Shown here: piece after piece, positions 38,585 to 41,614 of the stretch | Position numbering within the stretch: the stretch's first letter is position 1 | Layout: each line of letters opens with the position of its first letter | NCBI GenBank assembly: GCA_947626235.1 | Contig: CANQRI010000002.1 | Span: 1-41,614 of the forward strand | From: an uncultured Clostridia bacterium | GTDB lineage: Bacteria > Bacillota > Clostridia > TANB77 > CAG-508 | Reading direction: 5' to 3' | Length of the DNA stretch: 41,614 nucleotides | The notes under the pieces: model-generated | The model's input: only the letters and a program-made list of their open reading frames with translations | What the model was told of the DNA's origin: nothing | Database searches by the model: none | Translations under genes and position numbers: made by a program

Positions 38585-38626
38585 AAAAAGGCTGAAAATT
38601 AAGCCTTGCATTAACTTTCAACCCTT
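38585..38626 (-). terminator. terminator-like hairpin after rpsU
   Basis: GGTTGAAAGTTAA...TTAATTTTCAGCC stem (two G-U pairs) followed by a T run on the minus strand. Confidence 0.55.
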
Positions 38627-38632
38627 ATTATA

Positions 38633-38803
38633 TTAAAACTTTCTTTTTCTTGCAGCCTCTGATTTTTTCTTTCTTTTAACACTTGGCTTTTCGTAATGTT
38701 CCCTTTTACGTACCTCTTGCAATACTCCATTTCTTGCGCATTGCCTTTTAAACCTTCTTAAGGCGTCTTCTATATTTCCATTATTTACTTTTACTTCTGA
38801 CAT
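38633..38803 (-). CDS. rpsU: 30S ribosomal protein S21 (56 aa; not in ORF track)
   Basis: AAGGAGG RBS; [56 protein letters not shown]. Confidence 0.97.
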   Translation of the reverse strand: MSEVKVNNGNIEDALRRFKRQCARNGVLQEVRKREHYEKPSVKRKKKSEAARKRKF

Positions 38804-38888
38804 TAATATTCCCCTCCTTCCAGTAATTACACTTCTTTGTGCGGGATATTTACTGATAGATTTTTATATCTTATCTTACATGTGTAAT

Positions 38889-38918
38889 ATTATATATTAA
38901 CTACTCGCTACTTGTCAA
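38889..38918 (-). promoter_or_regulatory. sigA promoter for rpsU-yqeY
   Basis: TTGACA-18 nt-TATAAT. Confidence 0.7.
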
Positions 38919-38954
38919 TAGTTGGAAGAATTTTTTTAGGAATTAAAAATTAGT

Positions 38955-39044
38955 TAAACTATTAAACTATTAGGGTCAGTCCCCAATAGTTTAATATTTT
39001 AATAAAAGCACTAAACTATTGGGGACTGACCCTAATAGTTTAAT
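38955..39044. repeat. REPIN/MITE-like element: perfect 33-bp inverted repeat with 18-nt spacer after nrdG
   Basis: ATTAAACTATTAGGGTCAGTCCCCAATAGTTTA at 38961-38993, reverse complement at 39012-39044; extra TAAACT unit at 38955. Confidence 0.9.
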
Positions 39045-39055
39045 GCTTTAATGTT

Positions 39056-39559
39056 TTAAAGATTTACTTGAACTATTTTGTGTTGTGCCAAACATTGTTG
39101 TATGTCTAATATTCTTTGGTTTTCTGATCCTTTGAATTTTAAGGTAGGATTTTTCTTTTCTTGTACGAATCTGCCGTCTACTAGAACGTCTATGTTTTTT
39201 AATGTTTCGTCTGTTACTTCATCGTTTCTTTGTTCTAGTTCCTCTAATGTATAGCCTGAATAGCACCATACATTAAAATTTGGTCTTACTTTTTTTACGT
39301 CTTTTATGAATTTTAATACTTCTGGAATGTTTTGCTTGCAAAGTGGTTCGCCTCCACTTATTGTTATTCCTTTTAGTATTGAATTTTCACATATTCTATC
39401 TATTATTTCTTGTTCATTGAATTCTGTTCCGTAGTTGTAGTCTTGAGCTGCTTTGTTTTGACATCCTGGACAATTGTGTGGGCAACCACTAACAAATAGT
39501 ACTGCTCTCCATCCTAATCCATTTGATATACTTTCATCATAAAATCCTGCCATTTTCAT
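39056..39559 (-). CDS. nrdG: anaerobic ribonucleoside-triphosphate reductase activating protein
   Basis: CPHNCPGC radical-SAM motif, SGGEP, DVLVDGRF, GSENQR; follows nrdD. Confidence 0.96.
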   Translation of the reverse strand: MKMAGFYDESISNGLGWRAVLFVSGCPHNCPGCQNKAAQDYNYGTEFNEQEIIDRICENSILKGITISGGEPLCKQNIPEVLKFIKDVKKVRPNFNVWCYSGYTLEELEQRNDEVTDETLKNIDVLVDGRFVQEKKNPTLKFKGSENQRILDIQQCLAQHKIVQVNL

Positions 39560-39646
39560 AATTTATTCCTCCTATGTTGCACTTTTGTTAATTGCTTTTT
39601 TCTTTTAAAGTGATTAATTTCTAATAATTTATGTAATTAATTAACT

Positions 39647-41614
39647 TTATTGTGCTCCTTTTATTCCATTTTCTCCGTTTACGTGTGTTACTCTATCACG
39701 TAGCTCTGCAAGTTTTGCATTGTTCCAACGTGATGTTGTTCCTACTAAATATCCTGTTATTCTTTGTATTGTGTCTATGTTTTTACTTCCGCACATTGGG
39801 CATTCTTCCAATGTTGCATCTGAATTTTCGAATCCACAGTCCATACATCTTGAACGTGTATGGTTAACACTTCCATATCCCATGTTGTATTTGTCCATTA
39901 AGTCTACAACTGCTTCTATACTTTCTGGGTTGTGTGTTGCATCTCCATCTAGTTCTATGTAGAAGATGTGTCCTCCTTCTGTTATTGCATGATATGGTGC
40001 TTCTATTTTTGCTTTTTGCTCTGCTGTACATTTATACCATACAGGTACGTGATTTGAGTTTGTATAGTATTCTTTATCTGTTACTCCTAATATTGTTCCA
40101 TATTCTTTTCTATCTATTTTTGTAAATCTGCCTGATAAACCTTCTGCTGGTGTTGCTAATACTGAATAGTTTAAGTCATATCTTTCTGCATAATTTTCGC
40201 AACATTCATGTATTAAACCTACTATTTCTAATCCTAATTTTTGAGATTCTTCAGATTCTGCATGATGTTTTCCTGTTAATATTGTTAAACATTCTGCTAA
40301 ACCTATGAATCCTAAACCTAAAGTTCCTTGTTTTAATACTGGTGCTATTGAATCGTTTGGTTTTAAGTTTTCGCTTCCTTCCCATAAGCCACTCATTAAT
40401 AATGGGAATTGTTTTGCTACTGCTGTGCATTGGAATTTGTATCTATCGTATAATTGTCTTGCTGCTATATCACAATATTTTTCTAGCTTTTGCATAAATA
40501 TTTTCTTAACTGCTTTTTTGTATGGTGCTGTCATAAATTCTTCGCTACCTTTACCTAATACAAATTTTACTCCTGTTTGTTCTTGTGCTTCATATGCTGA
40601 TTCTATAGCTATTCTTACTATATTTAATGTAGTAAATGATAAGTTTCCTCTTCCTATAGATGTTTTTTCTCCGTGTCTATTTGCAAATACTCTTGTTCTA
40701 CAACCCATTGTTGCACATTCATATAAGTATCTGTTTGGATCATCTGCTTTCCATTTTTCATGTTGATTGAATGTTGCATCTAGGTTTATGTAATTTGGGA
40801 AAAATCTTTTTGCTGCTACTCTACATGATAGTTTGTATAAGTCATAGTTTCTATCTTCTGGTAAGTAGTTTACTCCTCTTTTTTTCTTCCATATTTGAAT
40901 TGGGAATATTGGTGTTTCGTTGTTTCCAACTCCTCTTTCTGTTGAAAGAAGTATTTCTCTAATTATACATCTTCCTTCTGGTGAAGTATCTGTTCCATAG
41001 TTTATTGAACTAAATACAACTTGATTTCCACCTCTTGAGTGTATTGTGTTCATGTTGTGTATAAATGCTTCCATTGATTGATGTACTCTTGATACTGTGT
41101 TGTTTATAGCTGCTTGTATGTCTCTTTCTTTTCCTTCTAGTTTTCCTAAATCTTTCTTTATATAATCTTCTGGTTGATAATCATATAAGTCTGATAAATC
41201 TTTTCCTAATAATTCTTCTATTTTTTTAACTTCTTCTTTATATGTCATTTTAACATATGGTGCTAAATAATAGTCAAATGCTGGTATGGCTTGTCCACCA
41301 TGCATTTCGTTTTGTACAGTTTCCATTGAGATACAGCCTAATATACTTGCTGTTTCTATTCTTTTTGCTGGTCTTGATGCTCCATGTCCTGCTCTAAATC
41401 CATTTTTTAATATTTTATCTAATGGGTGTTGTAAACATGTTAATGATTTTGTTGGATAATAGTCTTTGTCATGAATGTGTATGTAACCATTTTTAACTGC
41501 TTCTCTTGCTTCTGCTGATAATAAGAAATCATCTACGAATGGTTTTGTTGTTTCTGATGCAAATTTCATCATCATTCCTGCTGGTGTGTCTGCATTCATG
41601 TTTGCATTTTCTCT
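39647..41614 (-). CDS. nrdD: anaerobic ribonucleoside-triphosphate reductase (5' end outside window)
   Basis: Frame open to window edge (RENANMNADT...); IHIHD, MGCRT, ATPAEGLS, YYTNS, CxxC...CxxC, RITGYL glycyl-radical loop. Confidence 0.97.
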   Translation of the reverse strand, partial: RENANMNADTPAGMMMKFASETTKPFVDDFLLSAEAREAVKNGYIHIHDKDYYPTKSLTCLQHPLDKILKNGFRAGHGASRPAKRIETASILGCISMETVQNEMHGGQAIPAFDYYLAPYVKMTYKEEVKKIEELLGKDLSDLYDYQPEDYIKKDLGKLEGKERDIQAAINNTVSRVHQSMEAFIHNMNTIHSRGGNQVVFSSINYGTDTSPEGRCIIREILLSTERGVGNNETPIFPIQIWKKKRGVNYLPEDRNYDLYKLSCRVAAKRFFPNYINLDATFNQHEKWKADDPNRYLYECATMGCRTRVFANRHGEKTSIGRGNLSFTTLNIVRIAIESAYEAQEQTGVKFVLGKGSEEFMTAPYKKAVKKIFMQKLEKYCDIAARQLYDRYKFQCTAVAKQFPLLMSGLWEGSENLKPNDSIAPVLKQGTLGLGFIGLAECLTILTGKHHAESEESQKLGLEIVGLIHECCENYAERYDLNYSVLATPAEGLSGRFTKIDRKEYGTILGVTDKEYYTNSNHVPVWYKCTAEQKAKIEAPYHAITEGGHIFYIELDGDATHNPESIEAVVDLMDKYNMGYGSVNHTRSRCMDCGFENSDATLEECPMCGSKNIDTIQRITGYLVGTTSRWNNAKLAELRDRVTHVNGENGIKGAQ

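Noticed and set aside
113-40962. Dozens of Leu/Phe/Ser-rich plus-strand ORFs in the track
   Set aside because: Antisense shadows of A/G-rich minus-strand genes; they overlap well-supported CDSs and have implausible composition.

Overview
Very AT-rich chromosomal window from a spore-forming Clostridia-like Firmicute (spoIIE, sigA promoters, GGAGG RBSs; the style suggests uncultured gut TANB77/CAG-508-like lineages, which is inference only). Almost all genes are on the minus strand. Backbone in minus-strand reading order: nrdD (5' partial), nrdG, rpsU, yqeY, spoIIE, WG-repeat protein, hypothetical, acpS, tatD, murF, ddl, then DUF4321, radC, mreB, mreC, mreD, mrdA, minC. Between ddl and DUF4321 is a ~13.5 kb accessory segment with a 3873-aa surface protein and an Rpn-family nuclease, bracketed by a 31-bp direct repeat resembling a tyrosine-recombinase site. 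A second large secreted protein (4886 to <1, absent from the ORF track) shares a ~900-aa N-terminal scaffold with the giant one. Most notable: (i) a modular family of GGGAC-core REP/REPIN-like elements at gene 3' ends, three of which overlap stop codons, one apparently truncating the giant gene; (ii) nested 'Russian-doll' domain insertions in the giant protein; (iii) an internal start in Rpn consistent with an intragenic antitoxin; (iv) an orphan SigE/SigK-like sigma factor with a C-terminal extension. No rRNA, tRNA, CRISPR array, integrase or reverse transcriptase was recognised. All family assignments are by-eye motif recognition, not database searches.
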